A stretch of DNA of 64,000 nt from Hyalangium minutum (GTDB lineage Bacteria > Myxococcota > Myxococcia > Myxococcales > Myxococcaceae), in assembly GCF_000737315.1 (NCBI RefSeq), contig NZ_JMCB01000001.1, positions 930,001 through 994,000 of the forward strand, written 5' to 3'. Position numbers and translations under genes: made by a program. The notes beneath the pieces are model-generated. The model was not told where the DNA came from. It did not search any database and saw nothing but the letters and a program-made list of their open reading frames with translations. How positions within the stretch are numbered: position 1 is the stretch's first letter; every line of letters begins with the position of its first letter. Of this stretch, positions 18,674-30,904 are shown piece by piece.

Positions 18674-20308
18674 CTACCGCAGCCGCCAGACACCGCTGGA
18701 GTACGCCGGAACCACGAACTGCCACGAGTTGGACGTGCTGGCCTCGGCGCCCGCCTGCACCTGCGGATCCACGAAGAGCGGATCCAGGGGAGCACCGGGC
18801 AGCACCTGGCTCACGGTGGCGGGCGAGGCGCCCAGGTTGTGGACCACGAGCACGCGCTCGCCCGGAGCCTCACGGAGGTAGGCCACCACAGCGGGCGCCG
18901 CATCGCTCCGAGGCAGCGGCTTGAGCGTCCCCACGCGCAGCGCGGGAGAGTCATGGCGCAGTTGGATGAGCTTCCGGTAGCGCTGCAGCAGCGAGCCCGG
19001 ATCGGCGAGCTGGGCCGCCACGTTGCGCTGCTGCCAGCCCGCGACGAACGGCGCCCACGGCTTGCCGGTGGTGAAGCCAGCCTTCTCCGTGCCATCCCAG
19101 GGCAGCGGGAGGCGCTTGGCCGGATCCCGATCGCGCCCCTCCACGGGGCCGTTGGGCATCCCGAGCTCCTCGCCGTAATAGAGGAAGGGAGTACCCGGCA
19201 GCGTCAGCAGCACCGCCGGAGCCACGCGGATGCGTCCCTCCTGTCCCTCGAGCCGGGTGGCCACGCGCACCTGATCGTGGTTGGCGAGGAACGGCGCGGT
19301 GAGCGCACCGGAAGGAAACGCGGTGCTGAACTCCTCGATGCGGGCATGCAGCCTCGCCGCATCGCCATACTGGAGCGAGTCCAGGATGGCCTCGGCCACC
19401 GGGAAGTAGAACAGCATGGGCAGCTCATCGCCGCCGCGTACCTTCTCCGTCGAGCCGTAGTACGGAAGGATGTCCTTCGAGTCGCTCCACACCTCGCCCA
19501 CGAGGAGCGCATCGGGGCGGACGCTGCGCACATGGGCGGAGAACTCCTTCCAGAAGTCGTGAGTCTCCGGGGTGTCGTTCTGCTCCTCGCCGGGGCCTCG
19601 CTCGACCATGTGGCGGGCGGCATCCAGCCGGAAGCCGTCCACGCCGCGAGCCAGCCAGAGCGAGGCCAGGCGCTTCACCTCGGCGCGGACCTCGGGGTTG
19701 CGGTAGTTGAGGTCCGGCATGCCGCTCCAGAAGATGCCGTAGTAGTAGGCGCCGTTCTTCTCGTGCCACACGGGCCCGTCGCCCCACGGCTGCTTCCAGC
19801 CCGGGTTGTCCTGGCGCCACACGTACCAGTCACGCTTGGGAGACTGGGGCGAGGACGCGGACTCCACGAACCACGGGTGCTGGGCGCTGGTGTGGTTGAG
19901 GACGAAGTCGATGACGATGCGAATGCCGCGCTGGTGGGCCTCTCGCACGAGCCGATCGAAGTCCTCCTGTGTGCCGTACTCGGAGTCGACCTTCTCGTAA
20001 TCCACCACGTCATAGCCGTGGTAGCTGGGGGACTCGAACATGGGCATGAGCCACAGCGCCTCGACGCCGAGCCCCTTCAGGTAGTCCAGCTTGGAGGTGA
20101 GCCCGTTGAAGTCGCCCACGCCATCGCCGTTCGAGTCGGCGAAGCTGCGGACGAAGACTTCATAGAAGACGGCGCCCCGGGCCCACTCGAGCTGCCAGCC
20201 CGAAGCCGGAGCCGCTTCCGCGGAGGGGCGCGAGGACGACGGCGTCGCGCAGGAGACGAGCGCGACGCACAGCAGGGCCAGGGCACGAACGGAGAGGAGC
20301 CGGTTCAT
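18674..20308 (-). CDS. alpha-amylase family (GH13) lipoprotein
   Basis: LVSC lipobox, FADSNGDGVGDF, YHGYDVVDY, DFVLNHTS, GFRLDAARH, VGEVW, FLANHDQ. Confidence 0.95.
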   Translation of the reverse strand: MNRLLSVRALALLCVALVSCATPSSSRPSAEAAPASGWQLEWARGAVFYEVFVRSFADSNGDGVGDFNGLTSKLDYLKGLGVEALWLMPMFESPSYHGYDVVDYEKVDSEYGTQEDFDRLVREAHQRGIRIVIDFVLNHTSAQHPWFVESASSPQSPKRDWYVWRQDNPGWKQPWGDGPVWHEKNGAYYYGIFWSGMPDLNYRNPEVRAEVKRLASLWLARGVDGFRLDAARHMVERGPGEEQNDTPETHDFWKEFSAHVRSVRPDALLVGEVWSDSKDILPYYGSTEKVRGGDELPMLFYFPVAEAILDSLQYGDAARLHARIEEFSTAFPSGALTAPFLANHDQVRVATRLEGQEGRIRVAPAVLLTLPGTPFLYYGEELGMPNGPVEGRDRDPAKRLPLPWDGTEKAGFTTGKPWAPFVAGWQQRNVAAQLADPGSLLQRYRKLIQLRHDSPALRVGTLKPLPRSDAAPAVVAYLREAPGERVLVVHNLGASPATVSQVLPGAPLDPLFVDPQVQAGAEASTSNSWQFVVPAYSSGVWRLR

Positions 20309-20346
20309 GGGCGCACACCTTACCCCTTTCGAGGGCAGGCCGAGCC

Positions 20347-21027
20347 TCAGGGCACCTTCTTACCGTTGCGGATCCACTCTTCGCGGCGCTTGTCCTGGAG
20401 CTGCTTGCGCGCGAGCGCCTCGTCCGTCTGGCGAGGCACCTCCTTGAGCCGATCCTGGTGCATGCGGATGCTGAGGTCCAGCAGGCCCTTGTCGCGATCG
20501 GGGAGCTTGTCGCCGTAGTCGGTGAGCATCCGCTGAGCGATGGCGATGGCGTCCTCGGAGGCCTTCCGGCGGTAGTCGAAGTAGCGGTGGATCTCCTCCT
20601 CGGAGGCATCACCGGCCTGCACCTTGCCGAAGACCTCGTTCCACTTCCGGAGCGTCTCGGCTCGCTTCTGGAGGACCTCCGGATCCTTCGTGGGGGCCTC
20701 GAGCTCCCAGTACAGGTTGCCGGGCGTCTTGGCCCGGAGCTCGTCCATGTTCACGGGATAGTCGGTGGGCGGCTGCTCGGAGGACTCGTCCACCGGACGC
20801 TGCAGCAGCTTGTCGAGCGCCTCTCCCGGAGGCGGCCCCGGCGGAGCCTGGGGCGTCGGCACGGGGGGAACCGGAGCAGGAGCGCTCGGCGCCGCCGCCA
20901 CGGGACGCTCGGAAGTCTCCACAGGCGGAGACTCCTCCCCGCGAACGAGCCATGCGAACACGGCCGCGACGAGCACAGCGGCCACACCAACCAACAGAGG
21001 GATCTTCCAGCCTGACTTGGAGGGCAT
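20347..21027 (-). CDS. membrane-anchored helical protein with Pro-rich linker
   Basis: N-terminal TM, PAPVPP linker, charged helical C-terminus. Confidence 0.8.
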   Translation of the reverse strand: MPSKSGWKIPLLVGVAAVLVAAVFAWLVRGEESPPVETSERPVAAAPSAPAPVPPVPTPQAPPGPPPGEALDKLLQRPVDESSEQPPTDYPVNMDELRAKTPGNLYWELEAPTKDPEVLQKRAETLRKWNEVFGKVQAGDASEEEIHRYFDYRRKASEDAIAIAQRMLTDYGDKLPDRDKGLLDLSIRMHQDRLKEVPRQTDEALARKQLQDKRREEWIRNGKKVP

Positions 21028-21116
21028 TGTCGGTTTTCTAACGACTTCCTCGGGTTCTGGACTTTCTGTTCACTCCCGGTGTACCACGCAACTCCCCCGA
21101 ACCCGGAGGAATCCGA

Positions 21117-22421
<1,305 letters not shown>

Positions 22422-22570
22422 TCCGCACCGAGCCCAGAGCCTGAAGCACCCAACCCCTGCCCCGCCGCGAGTGCCTCTTCGAGAGGGGGCTCGCGGCAGT
22501 GGCGGGGGTTGTTTTCTGCGGGGGAGACGGCGGTTCCGCCCCATCGGGGCCCATGCGAGGCTGCGCGCGC

Positions 22571-23332
22571 ATGAGTGTCCAGATCGAGAAGAGCGGCCCC
22601 GTCACCACCGTCATCCTCCACCGCCCCGAGGTGCGCAACGCCGTGGATGGCCCCACGGCGAGAGCGCTGGTGGAGGCCTTCGAGGCGTTCGACGCGGATC
22701 CGGACGCGAAGGTGGGGGTGTTCTACGGAGAGGGAGGCACGTTCTGCGCGGGCGCGGACCTGAAGGCCGTGGCCGAGGGGCGGCTGCCGCACCTGGCCCC
22801 AGAGGGAGACGGGCCCATGGGCCCCTCGCGGATGCTGCTGAGCAAGCCGGTGATCGCAGCGGTGACAGGGCACGCGGTGGCGGGGGGCTTGGAGCTGGCG
22901 CTCTGGTGTGATCTCCGGGTGGCAGAGGAGGACGCGGTGCTGGGCGTCTTCTGCCGACGCTGGGGCGTGCCACTGATTGACGGTGGGACGGTGCGGCTGC
23001 CCCGGCTGATCGGCCTGTCACGGGCGCTGGACCTGATCCTGACGGGGCGGCCGGTGTCCGCGCAGGAGGCGCTGGGCATGGGGCTGGTGAATCGGGTGGT
23101 GCCCAAGGGCCAAACCCGAGCGGCGGCCGAGGCGCTGGCGAGGGAGCTCGCGGCCTTCCCACAGGCCTGCATGAACGCGGACCGCCGCTCCGCCTACGAG
23201 CAGGCCTCGCTGCCGCTGGAGGCCGCGCTCCGGCAGGAATTTCTCCGTGGCGTCCAGGTACTGGAGACCGAGTCTCTTTCCGGAGCCCAGCGCTTCGCCC
23301 AGGGAGCAGGCAGACACGGCAAGTTCGAGTAG
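22571..23332 (+). CDS. enoyl-CoA hydratase/isomerase (crotonase family)
   Basis: RPEVRNAVD, FCAGADLK, AVAGGLELALWCD, GVPLIDGGT. Confidence 0.95.
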   Translation: MSVQIEKSGPVTTVILHRPEVRNAVDGPTARALVEAFEAFDADPDAKVGVFYGEGGTFCAGADLKAVAEGRLPHLAPEGDGPMGPSRMLLSKPVIAAVTGHAVAGGLELALWCDLRVAEEDAVLGVFCRRWGVPLIDGGTVRLPRLIGLSRALDLILTGRPVSAQEALGMGLVNRVVPKGQTRAAAEALARELAAFPQACMNADRRSAYEQASLPLEAALRQEFLRGVQVLETESLSGAQRFAQGAGRHGKFE

Positions 23333-23357
23333 TTCCTCCAGGAAAGGAACAGAGCAC

Positions 23358-23891
23358 ATGCCCCCGAACAGCCACCATCACCTATGGGCCGCGCTCTTGC
23401 TGAGCATGGTGGCAGTGTGCGGAGGAATGGGCTGCGCAAGCAGCAAGCAGCAAGGGCCCAACCCTGTCGTGGGCGTCATCACCCCCGAGTACTTCCGCTT
23501 TCGGGAGATCGTTCCGGATGATGACCCGCACGTGCCCTCTGGGGGGTGGCGTGCGGTCTGCATCCATGCCCTGCTCAAGCATGGAACCTCGGAGGCCAGG
23601 TCGGTCTGCAAGTTCGAGGTAGGCCTGCCCCTGCGGAACGAGAAACAAGGCCTCATTCCGCAGGAAGAAGCTCAATTCGCCGCCGCCTCCATGGCCAACC
23701 GGGCTGTCCGCGACGTCTTATCTCGTGCACACCCTGGGGAGATGCTTGCCGTCTTGTGCAGGGACTTCAAAACAACGTACGACGCGATGTTGAAAGCCAA
23801 GTACGCGGGCGCTCAGGTCGGAGAATGCAGGACCGCAGGCATCGAAACGGTCCCTTTTGGTATCAGGCTTGGAGAGGAACCCACTCCATGA
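23358..23891 (+). CDS. Cys-rich lipoprotein, putative toxin of a two-gene pair
   Basis: Signal peptide with GMGC lipobox-like motif; lower GC3; stop overlaps the next start (ATGA). Confidence 0.7.
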   Translation: MPPNSHHHLWAALLLSMVAVCGGMGCASSKQQGPNPVVGVITPEYFRFREIVPDDDPHVPSGGWRAVCIHALLKHGTSEARSVCKFEVGLPLRNEKQGLIPQEEAQFAAASMANRAVRDVLSRAHPGEMLAVLCRDFKTTYDAMLKAKYAGAQVGECRTAGIETVPFGIRLGEEPTP

Positions 23892-24490
23892 TGGACCTGA
23901 CAGAAGCAAGCTTGGTGGAGGTTGCGCGGCGCTTCTATCCCGAGGGATATCCCGTCACTTCCGATGAGTACGGGCAGGACGGGTTGCTACCGCATCAACG
24001 GACCCCCGAGTACGCGCGCTTTCTCGAAGCCTGGGACAAAGCCATGGCCTGGCCTGAGTGGAAGACGCTCTTCCAGGAGATGCGCAGTGTGTTTCCACGC
24101 TACGGCGACTGCACTCAGCCCTGGGCCGCCAGTTGCCGCAGGTGCTGCGTGTACATCTGGCGGCCACTGCCTGAGGGTGCTCGTCACCTCACGATTGTCG
24201 CGGCAGCCGTCAGCGTTCTCGCCCCCCTTTACCTCGTCTACTGCACCACGGAGGTGGTGGTGGACAAGGACTCCCAGGAACGTCACGTCTTCTTGGAGCT
24301 CCCCGAAGAGGTCAAACCTCAAGCCGCCGCACTCTCAGCCTTGGTCGAGCGCGTCTTGGGCTATCAGGCGTTCCCGCTCCGGTTCGCCAACGTCTCCGTA
24401 CCCGGCCTCCGCGTCGACGGAGTCGACTGGCGGAAGGAGCCCACCTTGCTCGATGCGCTCTTCGACACCGATCTCGACAGCCTCTTCTGA
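23888..24490 (+). CDS. hypothetical cytoplasmic protein, putative immunity partner
   Basis: ATGA coupling at 23888-23891; 200 aa with no signal peptide. This is the C-terminal part of track ORF 23546..24490. Confidence 0.7.
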   Translation: MMDLTEASLVEVARRFYPEGYPVTSDEYGQDGLLPHQRTPEYARFLEAWDKAMAWPEWKTLFQEMRSVFPRYGDCTQPWAASCRRCCVYIWRPLPEGARHLTIVAAAVSVLAPLYLVYCTTEVVVDKDSQERHVFLELPEEVKPQAAALSALVERVLGYQAFPLRFANVSVPGLRVDGVDWRKEPTLLDALFDTDLDSLF

Positions 24491-24575
24491 CCGTTGGCCG
24501 TCCTGGGCAGGCGTGCGAGCCCTCTACCGAGCAGGGATGCTCCATTTCCCTACCCCTTGAAAACTTTGAACGCCA

Positions 24576-24622
24576 CATATAGGTTATATGCCGTAGACCT
24601 CGGGCACCTATAAAAATAAGGT
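24576..24622. promoter_or_regulatory. AT-rich palindromes upstream of the Lrp/AsnC gene (candidate operators)
   Basis: catata-ggt-tatatg (24576-24590) and acctat-aaaa-ataaggt (24606-24622). Confidence 0.4.
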
Positions 24623-24630
24623 TTCCGGCG

Positions 24631-25101
24631 ATGGATACCACCGATTACCGCATCGTGGACATGCTGCAGAAGGACGGGCGGGCGACTCAGCTTGAGATCG
24701 CCCGGGCGATCAACCTGTCCCAGCCAGCCACCGCCGAGCGCATCCGCAAGCTCGAGAGCAACGGCGTCATCACCGGCTACACGGCCCAGGTGGATGCCAC
24801 CAAGCTCGGCAAGGACATCACCGCCTTCATCGGGGTGACCATCGAGCACCCGAAGTATTTCGAAAACTTCTCCAAGAAGGTCTTGGAGCTGCCGGAGATC
24901 CTCGAGGCCCACCGCGTGGCCGGCCAGGACTCCTACCTCCTCAAGGTGAAGACGTCGAACACGAAGAGCCTGGATCAGCTCCTCGTGGAGACGCTGCGCA
25001 CCATCGAGGGCGTCACCCGGACTCACACCACCATTGTTCTGACTTCCATCAAGGAGGAGACGCACGTTCACGTCTCCCCCGAGCACCTGAGAGGAGACTG
25101 A
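24631..25101 (+). CDS. Lrp/AsnC family transcriptional regulator
   Basis: LQKDGRATQLEIARAINLSQPATAERIRKLESNGVITGY, HRVAGQDSYLLKV. Confidence 0.95.
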   Translation: MDTTDYRIVDMLQKDGRATQLEIARAINLSQPATAERIRKLESNGVITGYTAQVDATKLGKDITAFIGVTIEHPKYFENFSKKVLELPEILEAHRVAGQDSYLLKVKTSNTKSLDQLLVETLRTIEGVTRTHTTIVLTSIKEETHVHVSPEHLRGD

Positions 25102-25103
25102 CC

Positions 25104-26318
25104 ATGTCCATGATGAGCAGCGCGATGGTTGCGCCCACCCCCGTCTCCCTGCGGCTGGCCCAGCGCATGTCGCGCATGAAGACCTCGGCGGTGCGCGAAA
25201 TTCTCAAGGTGGCCGAGCGCCCGGAGATTCTCTCGTTCGCAGGCGGGCTGCCGGCGCCGGAGCTGTTCCCGGTGGAGGCCATTGCCCAGGCACACGCCGA
25301 GGTGTTCGCCAACGAGGGCCCCGCGGCCATGCAGTACAGCACCACGGAGGGCTACGGCCCTCTGCGTGAGTGGATCTGCGCGCACCTGGCCCAGCGCGGT
25401 CAGCGCGCGACCATCGAGCAGGTCATCACCACGGCGGGCTCTCAGCAGGGCATCGACCTGGTGGCCAAGGTGATGTTGGACCCGGGCGACGTCGTCGTGG
25501 TTGAGAACCCCAGCTACCTGGCGGCGCTGCAGAACTTCGACGGCTACCAGGCCCGCATCGAGTGCGTGGGCAGCGACGACGAGGGCATGAAGGTGGACGA
25601 GCTGGAGGAGCTGGCCAGCCGGTGCCGCCCGAAGCTCATCTACCTCGTCCCGAACTTCCACAATCCGAAGGGGACCACCCTGTCCCTGGCACGGCGGCAC
25701 GCGCTGGTGCGCTTCGCGCAGCGGCACGGGGTGCTCATCCTCGAGGACAATCCCTACGGCGAGCTGCGCTTCCGGGGCGAGGCCCTGCCCTCGCTGGCCT
25801 CGCTGGATGACACAGGCGTGGTGGTGCAGCTCGGCACGTTCTCGAAGACGCTGGCGCCGGGGCTGCGGATCGGCTGGGCGGTGGGCTCGCGGGAGATGAT
25901 GCGCAGCCTCACCATCGTGAAGCAGTCCACGGACCTGCACACGGCGACGCTGGCGCAGCGGGCCACGGCGCGGCTGCTGAAGACGTTCGACTACGACGCG
26001 CACCTGCTGCGGCTGAGGGCGGTGTACGGGCAGCGCTGCCAGACGATGCTGACGGCGCTGGAGACGTCCATGCCCGAGGGCACGAAGTGGACGCACCCGG
26101 ACGGCGGCATGTTCCTGTGGGTGGAGCTGCCCAAGGGCATGCGGGGCGAGGAACTGCTGCCCCGCGCCATCGAGCAGCGGGTGGCGTTCGTGCCGGGCAG
26201 CCCGTTCTTCGCGGCGAACCCGAGGGCCGAGTGCATCCGCCTGAACTACTCCAACCGCCCGCCCGAGCTGATTGAAGAGGGCATGCGGCGGCTGGCCTCG
26301 GTGCTGTCGGCGCAGTAG
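25104..26318 (+). CDS. PLP-dependent aminotransferase class I/II (2-aminoadipate transaminase-like)
   Basis: ILSFAGGLP, PNFHNPKG, LEDNPYGEL, GTFSKTLAPGLRIGW. Confidence 0.93.
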   Translation: MSMMSSAMVAPTPVSLRLAQRMSRMKTSAVREILKVAERPEILSFAGGLPAPELFPVEAIAQAHAEVFANEGPAAMQYSTTEGYGPLREWICAHLAQRGQRATIEQVITTAGSQQGIDLVAKVMLDPGDVVVVENPSYLAALQNFDGYQARIECVGSDDEGMKVDELEELASRCRPKLIYLVPNFHNPKGTTLSLARRHALVRFAQRHGVLILEDNPYGELRFRGEALPSLASLDDTGVVVQLGTFSKTLAPGLRIGWAVGSREMMRSLTIVKQSTDLHTATLAQRATARLLKTFDYDAHLLRLRAVYGQRCQTMLTALETSMPEGTKWTHPDGGMFLWVELPKGMRGEELLPRAIEQRVAFVPGSPFFAANPRAECIRLNYSNRPPELIEEGMRRLASVLSAQ

Positions 26319-26338
26319 GCCCGCCGCCCCACTCCGCC

Positions 26339-27084
<746 letters not shown>

Positions 27085-27088
<4 letters not shown>

Positions 27089-28593
27089 GCCCGCTCCAGC
27101 TTCGCCTCGAGCGTGCGCGCGAGGCGGGACAAGGGGTAGCTCATCGCCAGGTAGAGCGCCGCGCACAGCGCGCCTGGCAACAACCAACTCCGCACATCCA
27201 CCGCGGTGATCGTCATGCGCTTGGTCAGCTCCACCACCGAGATCACCGACACCAGCGAGCTGTCCTTCAGCAATGCAATGAAGTCATTCGTCACTCCAGG
27301 CAAGGCCACCCGGAAGGCCTGGGGGATCACCACCCGCCTGAGCGCCAGGGGGGTAGGCATGCCCAGCGCGAGCGCAGCCTCCAGCTGGCCCTTGGGCACG
27401 GCCAGGATGCCCGCGCGGTACACCTCGGCTTCGTAAGCGGCGTAGTTGAGCCCCAACCCCAGGATGGCGGCACTCAGGGGGTCCAGCCTCAGCACGGCTG
27501 CGAGGCCGTAATACAGGACATAGAGCTGGAGCAACACGGGGGTGCCCCGGAGCAGCTCGACGTAGGCGGTGGTGAGGCCCCCCAGCCAGCGAGGCCCGTA
27601 GAGACGCCCCAGGGCCAGCAGCATGCCCAGGGGAATGGCGAGCACCATGGCGCCCACGGACACGAGCAGCGTGACGAGCGCGGCCTGTAGGAAGAGGAGG
27701 ATCTGGCTCCAGCCCATGTGGGCGGTGACGGTCTGCGAGAACAGCTCACGGGACTGGGCCTCGGTCCACTCCACCATGCGCTGCTCGGCGGCGTTGTCGA
27801 TGTTCCAGCGGCGGAGGATCTCCCGGAGCTCGCCGGAGCGAGCGATGCGGCCCAGCGCATCATCCAACGCCTGACGCAGGTCGTCCTCGCCGGGGCGCAC
27901 GGCGATGGCGTAGTAGCCCTCGCCCACGTCGCCCACCACGCGCAGGCCGGGGCGCGTCATCCCGTATTGTTGGGCGATGATGTCGTCCATGAGCACGGCA
28001 TCCAGGCGGCCTTGCTCCAGATCGATATAGGGCTCCTGGACGCCCTCGTAGGGGACAGCCTGGGCGCCGGTGCGCAAGAGCATCTCCCAAGCCTGGGAGT
28101 TGGAGAGCGTGCCCACGCGCAGCCCGCGCAGCGCCTCCAGGCCGGTGATGCTGGAGTCGCCCTGCCGCACCATGAGCCGGAGCTGGAAGAGGTAATACGG
28201 GCGCGTGAAGAGGACGCGGCCGGTGCGGGCGGGAGTCACTTCGATGCCGTTCAGGGCGACGTCGAACGAGCCACCGCGCTCAAGCGTGGGGATGAGGCTG
28301 GACCAGTCGTTCTGGACGAACTCGGCGCGCACGCCCAGCTCGCGGGCGAGGGCATCGGCCAGTTCCACCTCGAAACCCCGGTACTGGCCGGGGTGCTCGG
28401 GATCCTCCATGGCATAGGGCTCGCCGCCTTGCGCATCGGCGCCCCAGCGCAGCACACCGGCACGCTGCACGCGTTCGAGCCCGGAACCCTCCTTCTGGCC
28501 ACAGGCCGTCAGTTCCATCAGAGCCACCAGGGCCAGGAAGGCGCTGGCGAGAGCAGAAGAACGTCGCGGCCGGGGAGGAGGTTCGCCTGTCAT
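27085..28593 (-). CDS. fused amino-acid ABC substrate-binding protein/permease
   Basis: SBP_bac_3-like N-terminus (GFEVELADALA) plus permease motifs RGTPVLLQL and AAYEAEVYRAG; start of ATPase overlaps this stop. Confidence 0.92.
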
Positions 28594-28689
28594 GTCATGC
28601 AAGGGATCGAGGCGCTCGGGCAGTGAATCGAGCGGCTCTACACATACGGCAAAACAGCGAGGGGTTCCAGCGGGGTCCTTCGTCGGGGC

Positions 28690-30879
28690 CTACGTCGACT
28701 CGCGGTCGCGGCTCTGCATGGCCTGGCTCGCCACCACATCCGCGGTGGTGAGGTCCATCGTCACCAACCGCCCGTCCTTGCGGGTGATCACCCGGGGCTC
28801 GCGCTGCCCCAGGCCGGCTACCAGGACGCGCAGGCTCTCGGGCGTGCCGTGGCTCTCCGCAGTGGCGTGCTCCCGCCACAGCTTCTCGAGTTCCACCATG
28901 GTGCGCTGCACCTGCGCGGGGTTCGGCTTCGCGCGCAGCGGCTCCAGCAGCTCCACCGTCCGCTTCGCGCCTTCGGGGGTGAGCCCCCAGAGCACGGCAT
29001 TCCGGCGGATCCCCACGCGGAGCAGCGTCCGCGCCCCCAGGGCATCTCCTTTCTGGGTGCGCGCGATGACCGTCCCCGCCAGCGCTCGGGCCGTCCGGCA
29101 GGCCACGCGCTGGAGATAGCCCACGCCTCCGAACTGGTAGTGCCCCGTGAACAACCCGCTCGCGGCGAGCTGCCCCAGGACTCCGGGCTGAGAGAGCGAG
29201 ACCGCCTCAGGAGGGATGAGCGACAGCAGCGAGGGCTCCCCGTGCGCCTGGGCGTGCAGGGCCTGCCGCAGCAAGGACTGGCCCGCATGGGTGGCCCCCA
29301 CCACATCCAGGCTCCCCAGACAGACCAGGGCCTCGTCGTTCAGCTCCGGGCAGAGCGGCCGCAGCACGCCTCGCAGCACGGCCACGTGCATGCACGCGAT
29401 CAACATCTCCACGAGCGGCTCGGAGGCCCGCTCGAACGCTTCCCACGCGGCGCTCTCCTCCGGCTCCGGATCATAGAGGCTCTGCAGGTGCCGCAGCCGC
29501 GCGAAGCCCGGGACGCAGCGCTGCCGGGCCTCGCGCAGGGCTCCCGTGAGGGCCTCCGCCAGCTCCCGGGCTCCGGCGCTGTCTCCCTGAAGCGCGAGCG
29601 CGGCAGCGAGCTGCACGCCCCAGGCGGCCCCTCGAGGAGCGTGAGCGAGCTCCTGGGCCACGCTGGCAGCCAGCGCCCCCGCCTTGTGGGGGCCCTCGGA
29701 CTGGAGGAGCCCGGAGATGAACGTCTGCGCCATCAGCCGCAGGGAGAGCGGCGCGAGCAGCTCGCCGGACCGGAGCAGCGCCCTGATGACGGCCTCTCGC
29801 TCCACCCCGAGGCCGAGCCACTCCCGCCCCAGGGTGCCCAGCCACGACTGAGAGCGCTCGATGACCGCGTGGCGGTAGGTGAGGCTGACCCCGACCCGCA
29901 GCGCCTGCTCGAGCCCAGCGGCTCGCCCCACGGCGCTCACACCGGCGCTCGCCAGGGCCTCGGCCTCCCCTGCTCCCGCCGAGACCAGCAGCTTCTCGAA
30001 GGCCTCCGCGCTGTTGGGACCCACTTGGATGGCCGTGCGCGAGACGAGCGCGGCGATCTTCTGGCGCTCCTCGGAGGTGCACGCGCCGACCTTGTCCGCG
30101 AGCGCTTCAACTTGGGGGCGGACCTGCTCCGAGAACAGCCGCCGGAACGCCTCTCCGCGCTCCGGGCCGAGCTGCAGGTTGAGGTGACGCATCAGGCTCA
30201 CGGGAGGCTCGCCCTGGCGCTCCAGGTGCTCGATGAAGAGCGCCTTGTTCCGCGCCTGATCGTACTGAGACTCCTCGGGATCATCGCCGTGCAGGTAGGT
30301 GCGCACCGAGGCGGTCTCGAGCGAGTCCAGCTCATCATCCGGATGCCTCCGGCTCGCCGCGAGCACGGACGAGGCCGAGGCCTGCTTGCGCAGACGCTTC
30401 CGGGCCTTGCGCAGGCTGGCGCGCTTGAGCGCCGCGAAGGCCGCACCCAAGGTTCCCGCCAGCAAGGTCTTCGCGGAGGTAGGGCTGTCGGAGAGTTCAC
30501 CCGCCTCCAGGCTGCCCGGCTCGTGCGAGGACTCCGACGACTCGCTCCGAACGGTCTCCTTGCGCCGGGCGGGGGCCTCACGCGCGGCGGGCTGCGAGGC
30601 GGAATCCACCAGGCCGCGCACGAGCTGGCCCGCGAGCTTGCCTGCGGAGACGAAGGCCGAGCCGAACTGCTGGGCCACCTGCCGCGCATTGACGGGCGCC
30701 GGTGTGCCCGCGGCCTGCGGGGCCGGAGCGCCATGAGGCTCGGGCGCCGCCGGGGCGGGAGCGGCCGGTGCGGAGGAAGCTGGAGCCGACGGAGGGCTGA
30801 CGGGCGCCGCGGGCCTGGGCGAGGCCGCAGGCCTCGGCAGAGGCACTCCGGGTGGAAGCGACGAGCCGATCTTCGCCAT
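28690..30879 (-). CDS. hypothetical helical protein with Pro/Ala-rich disordered N-terminus
   Basis: 729-aa high-GC3 ORF, third gene of a minus-strand operon; no Sec signal. Confidence 0.75.
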   Translation of the reverse strand: MAKIGSSLPPGVPLPRPAASPRPAAPVSPPSAPASSAPAAPAPAAPEPHGAPAPQAAGTPAPVNARQVAQQFGSAFVSAGKLAGQLVRGLVDSASQPAAREAPARRKETVRSESSESSHEPGSLEAGELSDSPTSAKTLLAGTLGAAFAALKRASLRKARKRLRKQASASSVLAASRRHPDDELDSLETASVRTYLHGDDPEESQYDQARNKALFIEHLERQGEPPVSLMRHLNLQLGPERGEAFRRLFSEQVRPQVEALADKVGACTSEERQKIAALVSRTAIQVGPNSAEAFEKLLVSAGAGEAEALASAGVSAVGRAAGLEQALRVGVSLTYRHAVIERSQSWLGTLGREWLGLGVEREAVIRALLRSGELLAPLSLRLMAQTFISGLLQSEGPHKAGALAASVAQELAHAPRGAAWGVQLAAALALQGDSAGARELAEALTGALREARQRCVPGFARLRHLQSLYDPEPEESAAWEAFERASEPLVEMLIACMHVAVLRGVLRPLCPELNDEALVCLGSLDVVGATHAGQSLLRQALHAQAHGEPSLLSLIPPEAVSLSQPGVLGQLAASGLFTGHYQFGGVGYLQRVACRTARALAGTVIARTQKGDALGARTLLRVGIRRNAVLWGLTPEGAKRTVELLEPLRAKPNPAQVQRTMVELEKLWREHATAESHGTPESLRVLVAGLGQREPRVITRKDGRLVTMDLTTADVVASQAMQSRDREST

Positions 30880-30904
30880 GGGCAGAGGCCCTCAGACTAC
30901 CAGC

